This document shows, one piece after another, positions 24,601 through 37,459 of a stretch of DNA of 44,267 bases. Position numbers and translations under genes: made by a program. Numbering within the stretch: position 1 is the stretch's first letter; the number at the start of each line of letters is the position of its first letter. The notes beneath the pieces are model-generated. The model was not told the origin of the DNA, did not search any database, and saw only the letters and a list, made by a program, of their open reading frames with translations. The DNA is from Intoshia linei. Taxonomy: Eukaryota > Animalia > Orthonectida. The DNA is taken from positions 1 through 44,267 of the forward strand of contig LWCA01000184.1 in the NCBI GenBank assembly GCA_001642005.1, in the 5' to 3' direction.

Positions 24601-25064
24601 TCCCACGCGTGACAATGTGTGATTTTTTGATACGACGAGTGGGAAACATTCAAAGATATACAGTTCAATGCGCGTTACCGATAAATTTATTCAACGAAAA
24701 AATTTATCTCGTTATTTGGTTTTGGTTTCTTTTTCTAGTTTTATTAACCTCAGTAAATTTGATTTCATGGTTATGTAGCTCTTTTATAAGAAGTGATTAC
24801 AAATTTATTGAAAAGATTTTTCTCAGAAAAATGGCATTCAGTCAACAAGAATACATAAATGAAAATTCTTTAAAGATTTTCGTTCAAGATTATTTGAAAC
24901 CAGATATTATATTTTTATTGAGGCTATTTTCAAAAAATACCAGTTATTTCACAATGGTGCGAGTCGTCAAAGAATTGTATCAAATGAGTTTGAAGAAACC
25001 TAAACCGGTTTCATCTGGATCACAATCCAAGTCTACCAATTCTGAAACGCTTGATTTAATTTAA
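21605..25064 (+). CDS. Innexin (gap-junction protein), copy 1, 404 aa
   Basis: Exons 21605-21709, 21782-21837, 21878-22022, 22072-22250, 24335-25064 (1215 nt). Motifs DDDGIDRL, QYVGQPISCWVPAHF, YCWV, YYQWVP, FPRVTMCDF, QCALPINLFNEKIYLVIWFW; four hydrophobic segments. Confidence 0.96.
23542..24243. mobile_element. hAT MITE (702 bp) in innexin 1 intron 4
   Basis: TIRs cagtggttcc / ggaaccactg with a perfect 8-bp TSD ctctagag (23534-23541, 24244-24251). Confidence 0.9.
23733..23873. mobile_element. piggyBac-like MITE (141 bp) nested in the hAT MITE
   Basis: TIRs ccctttcactgtctg / cagacattgaaaggg (14/15), TTAA on both sides. Confidence 0.85.
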
Positions 25065-25706
25065 TTAAATTGTAATACATTATTTATCAAAAGTGTTTGT
25101 TTTAGATTTATTAGACTTTGATGAGACTATAACATCCTGATTCGTAATTTATGATAAATTAAAAAAATGAAAAAAACGAGTCATTACTTTTCTAGTTCTA
25201 AATATGAACAAAATTGAAGAAAACGTTAAAAATTTCTGAAAATATCAATCATTTGACTAGACGCAAATGTGTAATCTGATAATGCACTAAGTGCAGTCAT
25301 GTAATCAACCTCAAACGACGCATTTTGGTGACATTCATACACGTAACTAGTTGGATACAGATTAGAGACCTCGTAAAATTGCATTGTACAGAAACGGATA
25401 GCATATTGTGCATAAAGCGACTTAGAAATCTGTATTTTTGGTTGCCTGCGCATCGATAACAATGCCGTCTTATCAAATTGCTCACATTTTATGAGCGTTA
25501 TTTGGGAGTTATCATTTCACAATAAACCAGACTATTTGGATTAATATCTTATTAGTACTCTTTTTAAATAGTAAATCCGTGTTTATTGGTTTTACATTGT
25601 TTTAGTACTGACTAAATTCGTTTCAATTAACATACATCGGTATTCAATCAGTTCGTCATTGTTTAGATATTTGTAATTTAGATTTTAATAGACTTTGAAA
25701 AATTAC

Positions 25707-27045
25707 ATGGATAAATTAATGGGAATGTTGGGCGGTTCGCCCAACATTAAACCTCGATACGATGATGATGTAGTTGACCGATTACATCGGAATTTTACAG
25801 TTTGCTTGCTGGTATTTTTTAATCTGAAATTTTGCAAAATAAATATTTTAACTATTCAAATATTAGGTCGTATTTGCAGTCGTTGTGAGTTCTAAACAAT
25901 ATGTTGGAGACCCTATAAATTGGTAATATTAAAAGTTTTGATTTTGATATATTTTTAATTCATTTATACTTTTTAGCTGGGTGCCAGCTCATTTCACCGG
26001 TAATCATGAAGATTATACAAATACCTATTGTTGGGTCAAAAACACATACTATCTTCCGTTTGATGAAAACATACCAAAGGACTACGAACATGAATTGCGG
26101 CGAATGATCCCTTATTACCAGTGGGTTCCCATTATCTTATTACTCCAAGCCCTCATGTTTTATATACCTTGCCTATTTTGGCGAACTTTAAATTCAAGAT
26201 CTGGAATAAACGTAGACTCTATCGTTACTGCTGGTGTCACATATTTGAAAATTGATATCAAAGCAATCGAAGAAAAGTCATTAGATTTTGTCACAAACCA
26301 ACTCGACAGATATCTTAGAGAAATACCCAATCAACCACGATCTAATTTCACTATTAGTTTAAAATCATTAACGCGTATATTTGATAGTTGTTTTGGAAAA
26401 CGACATGGAAATTACCTTATAACCATCTATTTGATGACAAAATTGCTTTATTTGGGTAATTTAATTGTTCAACTTTTTTTACTGGAAAGATTTCTTGGTT
26501 CCGATTTTTTGAGTTATGGTATTGATGTTTTGTGGAGCATGTATGAAAGTACCGAATGGACAGGATCCGCTAGATTTCCACGTGTAACCATGTGCGATTT
26601 TCTGATTAGACGTGTCGGAAACATTCAACGGTACACTGTTCAGTGTGCCCTAACAATTAATCTTTTTAATGAACGAATATACTTATTTATTTGGTATTGG
26701 TTTGTCCTCCTTATTCTTATTACAATTATTAATTTATTTATGTGGTTTGTTAGAGTCACTTTTAAGCGTGATCAGATGAGCTATATTAAAAAACATTTAA
26801 AATACAAATTTGCCACAAAAAATAAAAATAGCGATATAGACGATTCCACTGAAAAGTGTTTCAATACTGAAATTGATGACGAAAAACTTAAAAATTTTAC
26901 TCATTATTATCTTGGATATGATGGAATATTTGTCTTAAAGTTGGTTGGTGAAAATACAAACACTTTTACAGTGACGGAGATTGTTAGTATACTCTATGAA
27001 AAGTTTGATAAAGAACCTCATACTAAAAGACCTGATAAAGAATAA
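25707..27045 (+). CDS. Innexin, copy 2, 409 aa
   Basis: Exons 25707-25811, 25867-25922, 25977-27045 (1230 nt). MDKLMGMLGG...DDDVVDRL, QYVGDPINCWVPAHF, YYQWVP, FPRVTMCDF, QCALTINLFNERIY. Confidence 0.96.
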
Positions 27046-27359
27046 TTATTCCATTTTATTCAATTTCAATTATAAATAGTAAACCATTTTATTTTTCTGT
27101 TTGTTATTTCATCATGTCAATATATGCCTCTTTTGACAGGGTCAACGAAAAGTTATATTTTTGTTTTTTGGAGTTTGTTCATTGTATGTTATTGTATTTA
27201 ATCATGAAAAAGTATGTCAATGTTGATATTTCTGTCTATCTTACATAGTTTTGTTTTTTATAGTCTGGTTTACAGTAATTCACATTACTTTACTTTGTTT
27301 TTATTCATTTGCAGTTTTCCTAGCAAAATGTTATATGACTAGAGATTTTCAGTCAACAT

Positions 27360-27810
27360 CCAACAGATATGAAATACTGTGTTAAAACTAGTTGACTTCT
27401 GTACTACGTACAAACAGCATCTAGCATGAAAGCGGAAAAAATCATAAAAAAAATGTTGAAAATTATTTGAGTTCGGTAGCTAGAAATGGTAGATTAAATA
27501 TGGCTGCTAAAGCGGAAAAAGATAAATGCTTGTCAAGTATTGAACAAGCCGCCAGAGCAGCCATTAAACGAGATGTTGAAGCTAACCCAGGCGCTATGCG
27601 AAGATACGATTATAAATTAGTAGATGATAACACCTTTTTATAAAAAAAAGACCAAAAATATTTGATTATGTGAAACCGTCAGGAGTTCCCATTATATGAA
27701 GACGCGATAACACCTGGCAAGACTTTTGACGAATTGAATAAATCAATCCTAGAAAAATTAAAAACCCGAGCAATTGTAGCACATTTTTATTATACCAAAA
27801 AAATAAATTA
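27360..27810 (+). pseudogene. WBP4/FBP21-like (U1-type zinc-finger N-terminus) decayed copy
   Basis: 27425-27643 reads HESGKNHKKNVENYLSSVARNGRLNMAAKAEKDKCLSSIEQAARAAIKRDVE, matching WBP4 HERGKNHKENV...MEAAALKAYQED as I recall it. Preceded by an in-frame TAG and a broken MKYCVKTS* segment, followed by further stops. Confidence 0.65.
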
Positions 27811-29042
27811 ACGTTGAAAAAACATGAAAAAGAAACATTCCATTAATAAATTAAAATGACATTTCGCTTGTATGATTACCGTATCTGTATATATGATAAA
27901 TATTAAATCGTACTTATCAATATAAATATTTAACGAAAAAAACTTTAAATATACAAATATTTATTGTTTACAAATAGTGTTTTGACTATCATTCATGTAT
28001 AGGTATTGTTCCGAAAAAAGGCCAGTTTGACGATTTGTTTTTAACAGTTTTTTTATTTTGAGTTTCTAAAATATCGTAATTATAAAGTACTAGTCTGATT
28101 AATTAAAAATTAATCAAATAACATTATTAATTATAATTAATCTATAAAAACTTAAGAATTTACAAAGTAAATATTGTGTATAAAACCACAATTTTGAGAA
28201 AATTTATGTAAAGTAAAAATTTACATAGCTCCCAAACTTTTTCCATTATGGCCCACTGCCAAAGGGTGTCCAGTTTTTTTATTATAAAAACTTATTTTTT
28301 TATTTTGAGAATTAATTTTACAATTTTTATTAAATATTTGTTTGTAATATCTCAAAAGTATTTTTAGGTCATGATTAAATTGCATAAATAATTAAATACA
28401 TTAGATTCGTAAAAATTATCATGGGTATGCAGTGTTTATGCAGTATGTGGTATTAAATTTAAACCTTAATTTCACACACAGAAGTCGTTAACTTCACAAT
28501 TAAATATTTTTAAATAAAATTTTATTGAAAAACATGATACACAAGAAACAACGTTAACATTTAGTATAAAAATGGTTAAATTTTCCGAGATTTTTTCCAA
28601 TAGTTGTTAATATTTCTATACTACGTTAAAGTTTATACTATAAACATCTACGACATACCAATATTTAAAATCGAAAAGTTATGAGACAGTAAAAAAATTA
28701 TTCAGCACTGCATTTCCAGCTGATCTAGAATTTACATGTCTAAATTACTAGTAAATAGATTTCTTGTTACGAATATGATGCAATAATTAATTAACTTTTA
28801 AAACGGACTGTATACTTTATTTGATTATTGAGTAGTTTACGTTTAGTTAATTTATTTATTATTTATATTATAAGATTTGTCACATTCAAAGGAAAAATAA
28901 AAATGTATAGTTTAAAATTGGACATAAAATATCTATACTCAACTTGAGTAAGATTAGAATCTTGGATCAAAGAATAGAGCGGAACCTCTTTAAACGAAAG
29001 CGGTAATTTTGTATTTGCAATTATATAGGCAATTTGTGCACA

Positions 29043-29490
29043 TCCTTACTTATATAATATGCTACTCAATATTTGTTTGTGTGTGTGTTACCGTTTATTT
29101 CAATAACTACCAGTCTTAAAATTTTATAAAGTTCATACTTCAATTACAGTTTTTTCCGAGATGTTAGAAAAATAAATTTGAACCTCCCAAACTTACCACA
29201 TTTTAGTAGTCAAAAAGCCCAATTGTCCTTTTTTGAAAATTTAACGAGTTGGAGAATTTAAAAAAATATATACTCTGATACGGATTTTAAAATCATAAAC
29301 ATTATCATAAATTTAAAATAAATATATCTTCAGGGCCAAAATTCCAAATTATCATTTTTTTGATGAAAACAACTCTAGAATATAAAAAAATTTACAGGTG
29401 GTACAGTTGCATCCTGTTAACCTAAACAAAAAATTTCAATCTAAATAATTGACGACTTCACGGTCAAAAAAGCATTTTAGTATTCATATA
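29043..29490 (+). mobile_element. Non-autonomous Helitron-like element, 5' portion
   Basis: A|TCCTTACTTATATAA start followed by a (TTTG)/(TG)n tract; related starts at 32651, 34197, 40730 (+) and 33933 (-), each preceded by A. No TIR or TSD; 3' end not confidently located. Confidence 0.6.
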
Positions 29491-29923
29491 TNAATGAACA
29501 AACATAATCTAGACTTAAACATTGTGGTTTTTGACTTCTTTCAATTATGAAATCTGTATTTTCAATTATACACACATTTTTTTCTGTATTATTATTGAAT
29601 ATTATAAGATGGATAAATGCAGTATGATATTCAAAATTTTTGATAAATCAATGTGAAATATTGTCTACAGAGAATATAAATGTTTTGAATTTATTTTTTT
29701 TGTGGAGTTAATTTCAATTAACAATGTCAGGGACATGCATAGCGAGTCACCTTTCTTATATACATGAATACTATGTATATCTTCATAGGCAATATTTAAA
29801 TAACGTAAAATAGTTGGACCTATGTTTATTGCGCTCACTGTAATTGAAAGAGTATTTAGTTCGGTTGTAAATTTTCCTTATCATAAGCATTATTTGCCCT
29901 CTACTACCCACCTTCCATTAGAC

Positions 29924-31804
29924 GAGTGGTTCCAAAGTAGTCGATATGGCCCCTAGGTGGGGTGAGAATGTCTAAGGGCGATTGAAAAAAAGTGAACGAT
30001 AACTGAAAATTATTAAAATTATTTTATTTTACATATAATTTTCTATAGTTTAATTATACTGTAAATTGTAAATTAAATAATTAAATTAAAAAATTTCAAT
30101 CTGAATAAGTGACTTCACGGTCAAAAAAGCTTTTTTGTATTCATATATTTATTTCTCGAAATATTTTATTAACAAATATAATAAAGAAATATATATGTAT
30201 TATATATATATCAATTACAGTTTTTTCCAGGACGTATAATAAGATAAATTTCAACCTCCCAATTTTACATCTTACAGGTCAAACCCTGTTGTCTCTCTTT
30301 TTGAAGAGCAAACGAGTTGGAGAATTTAAAAAAATATACCCTTTTTAAAAATCAAACGCGTTGGAGAATTTAAAAAAAAGATTATTCTGATAGAGCTTAT
30401 TTCATTTAATATAAATACAAAATTTCAACCCCAGATATCTACGCATTCCCGGTGAAAAATAATTTTTAATATATTATAAACCAATATTTTTCAANTTTAA
30501 AAAAAAAGATTATTCTGATAAAGTTTATTCCAGTTGATATAAATACAAAACTTCAACCCCAGAAATCTACGCATTCCCGGTGAAAAATAATTTTTAATAT
30601 ATTATAAACCAATATTTTTCAAATATTTTAATTAAAATCAAAAATTGAAAATTTAAATATTGATCCTACAATTTAAAAAAAAAATGTGGATTGTACGTCT
30701 ACACATTTCCAATAAAGACATATGGGTGAAAATCTATATAATTCATTTTTTCAGAATTTTTTTCATTGCTACGCAATTTTTAAATTTCAAATTTTCATTT
30801 TCAAAAAATTTTGTATAAACTTTACTTAAATTTTAACATTACAGCAACGTATTAATAAAATAAAATAAATAAAACAATAACTTATTGTTTGAAAATGCCA
30901 AAAAGAAAAATAACATTCACCAGAAAAAAGACCAAAAGTATAAGATAAAACGTCTCAATGAGTCTCAATAAGATCATGATATCAGAAATAGGTTAGATAA
31001 CAATTTTTTTTTAATTAATCAAAGGTTTACCAACATTAAGTTATTCTCAACCCAATTTTTTGAGCGAAACGTCATATAGTGAAGCGCAGCGTGTTATGAA
31101 ATTTCGCCGTATGCGAAATTTTTTTTTGGAATCTCTCTTTTATTGTGGGGGTCTCTTTTTTAAAAAATAATAACAGTTTACACACAATTTTTATTGCAAA
31201 TTTCAAAATGAATACTTAAAATTTTTCATGACATATAGCAAATAGCACATTTCAAAATGACTTCATGATGAATACTTTAGAGAAAAAAACAAAATATGGG
31301 TGTCTCTAAGTAATGGAATAAAATTAACTGCTAACACTAAGAGTCTTTCATCATAGAGAAAAAAATTATAGAATATAAATAAAATATGTCTGATCTGATG
31401 ATTTTTATTGAAATAATTAAATTACCCTGTGAAATATCACTTAACCCTGAGCCCTAAGTTAAATTTGAAAAATCGAATTCTTAGAAGGAAAATANAAAAT
31501 AATTTTTAATATATTATAAACCAATATTTTTCAAATATTTTGATTAAAATAAAAATTGAAAATGTAAATATTGATCTTACAATTAATAAAAATTCTATAT
31601 GGCAACTTTAGGATACGACTGTTTTTACTTTATTTTTAATATTATACATATATTCTGCCTAATAAATTAAAAAAATGGGATAACAATTGTTTTTAAAATT
31701 CTTTACGCAAATATTAACAAACAGAATTAAGATAGAATACTCACTTTAAAGTAAAAATTAATGTGATATGACGGTTCCACCTCAAACAAGTTTTGGAACC
31801 ACTC
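29924..31804. mobile_element. Composite hAT-like element containing Helitron-like fragments
   Basis: Perfect 13-bp TIRs gagtggttccaaa / tttggaaccactc; flanks cattagac / ctttaaat match only 5/8; interior has repeated blocks and Ns at 30495 and 31495. Confidence 0.5.
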
Positions 31805-32366
31805 CTTTAAATGATTGATAATAGTGAATAGTGTGATTTTTAAGTTAGATTTTCAACGTCAATTAATTTTTTTGGTAGAATAAAAATGTGCCCTCGGCAG
31901 AACTAGGTGCTGTTTGTACGTAGTACATAACAGTCAACCTAGTGATAATATAAAAATAGTAAAATTAAATGTTAGTAAGATATTATAAATTGTATACAAA
32001 TTTTGAATTAACTTAGGTTTGATTTAAAGGGGTTCCACTGTAATACAATCCATCTGAAACCGTGTCGAAATCCTCATCAGAACATTGATATTTAAATCTC
32101 AACACATTCAATAGTGGTATACTACATTGTAATTTTATTAAAACTTTACAAGACAAGTTACTACAGAGCACAGACTACAGGCACTACTACAGACTCTGTA
32201 AAAATGAAGTTTATTTTGTTCGTCAGCAATTTTGTTAGTCCAATAATAACTATATGTCGAATCGCAATTATGATACATTTTATTTAATGTTCATAATTTA
32301 AAATTTCCCAATCCGAATTTATAATTACATTTATATTACAAAAATTTAATATAAATTTTATGTAAT

Positions 32367-35300
32367 TTAATAATTAATTAAATTAAAAGAAGTAATTACA
32401 TCTTGATTTTTTCTTTTTTTGGATCGTGGTCTAAATATTTAAATAATTTTTGAAATTAAAATAAAAAGCAAATACCTATATTTATATCCAGGATGGTCAA
32501 TCATGTGTTGTTTGCTTAAAGTTTCTTGTTTATCATAGAATGGTTTTTTTTCATCACTAGACATTTTTTTCCATATTTTACCTATAAATTCACAATTTTT
32601 TAAAAGTTTTTAATGTATTTTATTACGATACATAATGATACATTAAATTATCTTTTACTTATATAAAAATGAATGTCTGTGTATGTTTGTGTGTGTAACC
32701 ATTTATGGAAAAAATTGACTGTCGCAAGTTTTAAAGAAACCCCGTTTTTAATACAGTTTTTCCCAGAACGTGTTTTTATCCATTTTTCAGTTTTAGCATT
32801 TGAGTCCTTCAGGGTCAAAAACTCAATTTCCCCTTTTGTTTGTTCAAATTCTCATTTTAAAACCTTTTGAATAAAATTTAAATAAAAACTACACAACACA
32901 ACTTTGTTAATATTATTTTTATATTTATTACAATCCTTTGCAATATTGGTAAAATTTTACTGAAATATGGTTATAAAGTGATGATTCAGTTAATTATTGA
33001 TATATAATTGGTATTTACCTTATATTGGTATTATATTATATACATAATTCGCTACACAGCGAATAGGGTATGTTCCAAAGGTATTGAATTTTCATTAAAA
33101 ATATTTCTATGACTCAAACCAAATATTTGCTCTACTTACGCACAAAAGCAACTTGCATTAATTAGTAATATTTAGTAACAACACTATTAGTACTATGCAT
33201 GTGCATTTGAAATTTGTTAGCATTTCTATATTTTCCAACTACTGCACATGAAGTTTATAACACCAATGTTAGAAATACATTTTTTTTAAAAAAGTCCTGT
33301 TTTGAAGAAAACAGAATGTTTAAAAACACACAAACTAACTTTAAAGGTTCGTATTTGTTTATAAAAACGGTAATAAATGTTTCATATGTTTTTTTCAAGC
33401 AGTGTTTAAACTTTAAAGCGTCAATGATTTACAAATAAAATGACATTGTTCAGTAATGATCATTGATCAGTAACATAAAATAAAATTATAAAATTGCAAA
33501 ATCATTAAAGCTCTATAACTTAAATCAGTGTTATTAACAAAATCTAAAAATTGAAACAAATCAATGAAAATTTAAATTAAATTTGAATATTGATAGATAC
33601 AAAAAAATTTTAATTTTAATTTTTATAAATTAAATCATTCAGACTCAAAAACTCCATTTATCCTATTTTTTTAAAAATAAAATGAGCCCTAGACTTTTAA
33701 AAAACGTAAATTCTGTACATGTTTTAAAATCATTAAAATTGTCGTAAATTTCATCCTCAAAAAATTACAACTTCTGATATGAGTTTTGGAGGATGAAATT
33801 TATCTTATTATACGTCCCGGAAAAAACTGTAATTGAAATGTGGACTTTATAAAATTCTAAGACTGGTAGTTATTTCAATAAAGTGGAACACACACACAAA
33901 CAAAAATTGCTTAACATATTATATAAGTTAGGATTGTCCATAATAAATCAAAAAATAGGTCTTAAAATTAAAAAGTCGGACCTCGGCAAAGGTAGCTACT
34001 TGTACGAAATATATAACAATCAAACTAATATTAGTGTATTATGTAGTAAACTTAAACCATCATTTATTAAACTTGTTATATAATAAGATTTGATAAATTT
34101 AACATTCTCGAACAATCGTTATATTAAAATGCATTTTTGTCGAAAAAAATTATCTTTAAATTCTTTAAAAATTGTATCAAAATAATTAATATGTCATCCT
34201 CACTTATACAATATATATAACATTGAATATCGTTCTGTCTGTCTGTGTGTTGCAGTTTCTAGCAATAAAGAAAAGTCATAGAATTTTATGAATAATAATT
34301 TGACAATATCCCAAACAATTGATAAAATTTAATCTATCTACTAAAATTTACAATTTAAGAAAGTTTACATTATAATTATCCAATTTTTTGTAATTTAAAA
34401 TATCACTAAACTAACGTTATATATCAAAAATATTTTAATGAATTCGTCTTCGACCTTGACATATCACTATAAAAGATTTTAATAATTGAGCCGTATTTTA
34501 TAAAACTTTATATACCATGTAATAATTCATGTATTTAATGTTTCCCTTAAAATTGATAAAATAAACATTAACTTAATGACTAAGTAAATTAAAAATAAAT
34601 TAAAACTGTATAAGACTAAAACTAAAGTAAAGACTTGTATAATACTTGTATACATGTACCATGTTTATCAATGCAATAATTATTAATTATTATTATAACA
34701 GTAAAAAAAAATTGATTGCAGTGTTTAATTCTAAATACAATAACTAAATATTGCATCTCGAATTTGACTTATCTGACACCTTTAATAAATTAGCAGCATG
34801 ATCCCGCCACCCGCTAACTAAAAACAATCTCAATTCTGTTGATTTTAAAATTTTGAGAATTTTTAATTTAGAGTAGTAATGTATTATGGATTACTGAAAA
34901 TTGAAATTAAAATGATTAATAGTTTGTAAACATGTTTCAAAACGTAAAGTAAACCTAAAAGTAACCTAAAAAGGGGGGTTTTATGGATATTTCCTAAATA
35001 TCACTCTTTTCATAAAGATTTGACCTTTTCTTATATCGATCTGACCTTCCAGTTAACTAACTACCTTTGGTTAAACTACAAATTTTGTTGAAAAAATGAA
35101 AAGTATGACTAAATAATGCAAAATAAATGAGCAGTAAATAATAACATATTGGCCAACTAATTTTATCAAAATTGAGATTTATTTTAATTTAATTGAATTT
35201 ATTATACAATAAAATTGAATCGACACAAATACAGAAAACTCGATACAAAATTAATATCATAGTTTATATTTAATTACACAAGTATTTTAATTAGTTTTGT

Positions 35301-36281
35301 AGTTTAGACAACAAATGTACTTGCAATTTGGCTGAAATTGCAAAAGTATACATTTGAGTTTGTATTCAGTAATCCTAATAGTATAAATGAAAAATACCTA
35401 AATGAGTTGAAATTCGAGAATTATGTAAAGAAGGGTCGCTTTTCAACAATTCCCGTCGTTTCTGTTGAGACCAAATCATGAAAGCATTCATGGGTCTTTT
35501 AATGTGTTGTTTTCGTCTTTTTTCTTCAATATCATGTAAATTGACATCTAAACATTAAAAGGTTAAATTACTGAATAGTAAATAAACATGTATTACTTGA
35601 ATATTTTTGATAATTTGAAATTTTCTAAAATTTGAAATAAGCATAGCATTAAATTTACAAAATAAGTAAAATAATAAAATTTACCATATATTCATTTTTA
35701 TTGGTAATTGGATTTGTAAATGAAACGTAGTTAAATAAATGAAATGTAAGGAAATTTGGAGTAATTATTCCAGAAAACATGAACCATTTAATGGTTTGAA
35801 TACAATGCTTCAACATTCTGTCATAATCCATCAACGATGAACGAGGTGGTCCGTTGGGAGCCATATTATATTGATCCATCAAGTAGCTAATCTGATCCAA
35901 TTCGGAATAATCTCCCGGTCCACTTTGAGTACTCTGATTCCTGTAATTCCTGAATGAAGGTAGTTTGACTTGTCTGATGGTATCGATAAAGCAATTTTTC
36001 ATATGGTGCATTTTTTGTGCCATATTGTTGGTAGATTGCGAAATGTTTGTATTTAGATTATGCAACCGATTTTCTACATTTCTTTTAAATAATTTTTCAC
36101 TATCTTGCTTGATTTGTAATTCCATTTCAAAATTCATAAACATGTTATTTTCGTAATCATTTATTAGATGTTCCTTTCTACTTAAATTTAAAGGCTGTTC
36201 AGTCATTTTTAATGGGCCGTATCTATCAAAGTTGTATCCTTGAACGTTATTTTTCATGTTATTTATCGTGTAATTGTTCAT
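32367..36281 (-). CDS. Sox-family HMG-box transcription factor, divergent SoxD-like
   Basis: Exons (-) 36281-35804 (donor inferred from phase), 35547-35398, 32581-32476, 32430-32367 (3' end uncertain; possible donor at 32399). HMG box [77 protein letters not shown]; Q..LSKQH and M after the second W resemble SoxD. Confidence 0.88.
33781..33933 (-). mobile_element. Helitron-like 5' fragment (inverted) in the Sox intron
   Basis: Reverse complement aligns with 29043-29190 (tcct.acttatataatatg...tttgtttgtgtgtgtgtt...ataactaccagtctta.aattttataaag...caattacagttttttccg). Confidence 0.7.
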
Positions 36282-36699
36282 TTCAAGATAAAAATGTTTA
36301 AATTATGAAATTTAGTAAATTTTATTGTTGACTAAAGAATGGATTAAGATACACATTAGATACTATTAAGCCAATATTTATTAAATAAATACCATACTTG
36401 TCTTACCATAAATTTTGTATTTTTAATTTATGAAATACAATTTTAGTATTTGCGTTTATATATAATTAATGACATGTATGGTATGTTTATAATGCCCTTT
36501 TTGTATTAGTGTTATTTCGCACGTAATTAAACTCTTACCATATTAAATGGAAAAAATATGAAATTGAAATATCAATAGGGCAGTTTACTTACACATTCCT
36601 TTATATTAACATTTACATATATTTAATTTCCATACATTAAATATGGATTTTTTATTATTTTACATTGCCTTAACGAAATTTAAGTTAACATTAACTTAA

Positions 36700-37459
36700 C
36701 ATAATTATATAGAAGAATTGCAAGTCGAAAACCGTTTCTTAAAAAATTCACAGAACAAACCGTTTTAAAAGGGGTAAGTAAAAAGTGACATGGACAAACC
36801 AATGGAAAAAGATAAGCTTCACTGATGAAAGTTGATTTGAATTATTTATAAAAGGAAGAGTATACGTTCGAAAACGTAAAAAATAAAATTTTTATCAACG
36901 TACATAAGTAGAAGTATTACAAATACTTAATAAAATATGATTTGGGTGGTATTAGGGCAAATGAAAAAAGAGTATTAATAAAGTGTTTAGGAGGAATAAA
37001 TATTAAGAATACCAGAGAATTATTAGAAAAGCAAACGAATAACATTTTTGGATGGACTGAATAAACATCAAGATTGTGAACCGTGTCAAACAGCAAAGAC
37101 AACCCGTCCATTCATACGGGGCAATCGTATAAAAAAATCAAAAGATTGACCAGTAAAAAGTTCAGATTTAAACATTATTGAAGATATGCGAAAAATTTGA
37201 AAGATACGGTTTATAAGCTACATCTAGTCAACTTAGAAGAACCATGGAGATATATACACGACGAATGAGACCGCGTACCTCTAAAAACTATTTAAGCGTT
37301 GTATTCCTCATTGCCCAGAAGAATAGTATCAGTGATTAAAAATATATGATGGAATACTAAATATTAGTAATTTCATTTATATTTATTAAATATTTTCATT
37401 TAATTAACATAATTAATTGTATTATTTTATAGGTGACAAGACTTATGTCGCTCGGAATG
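36700..37459 (+). mobile_element. Tc1-like transposon relic (decayed transposase)
   Basis: TWTNQWKKISFTDES*F near 36790 and ALYSSLPRRIVSVIKNI*WNTKY* near 37300 match Tc1 W..V.FSDESKF and the SMPRR..AVI...G..TKY C-terminus; TIR-like end ...tg|ta at 37459; left end not found. Confidence 0.75.

Noticed and set aside
27360-27430. Stop-codon reassignment or readthrough suggested by TGA/TAG in the WBP4-like segment
   Set aside because: All intact genes in the window use the standard code with no internal stops; decay is the simpler explanation.
30360-31590. Tandem ~120-bp repeats as an array or CRISPR-like locus
   Set aside because: No spacers or cas genes, eukaryotic context, and copies abut Ns at 30495 and 31495; Helitron-internal sequence, probably inflated by assembly.
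33747-33801. 13-bp inverted repeat as a terminator or structured RNA
   Set aside because: Explained by the edge of the inverted Helitron-like fragment.
35304-35397. 23-nt intron followed by [12 protein letters not shown] as the Sox continuation
   Set aside because: Not HMG-like and shorter than any other intron here; the true continuation is 32581-32476.
35655-35803. C-terminal part of the 208-aa ORF as coding
   Set aside because: Its donor at 35684 is phase 0 while the HMG exon needs phase 1; likely read-through into the intron.
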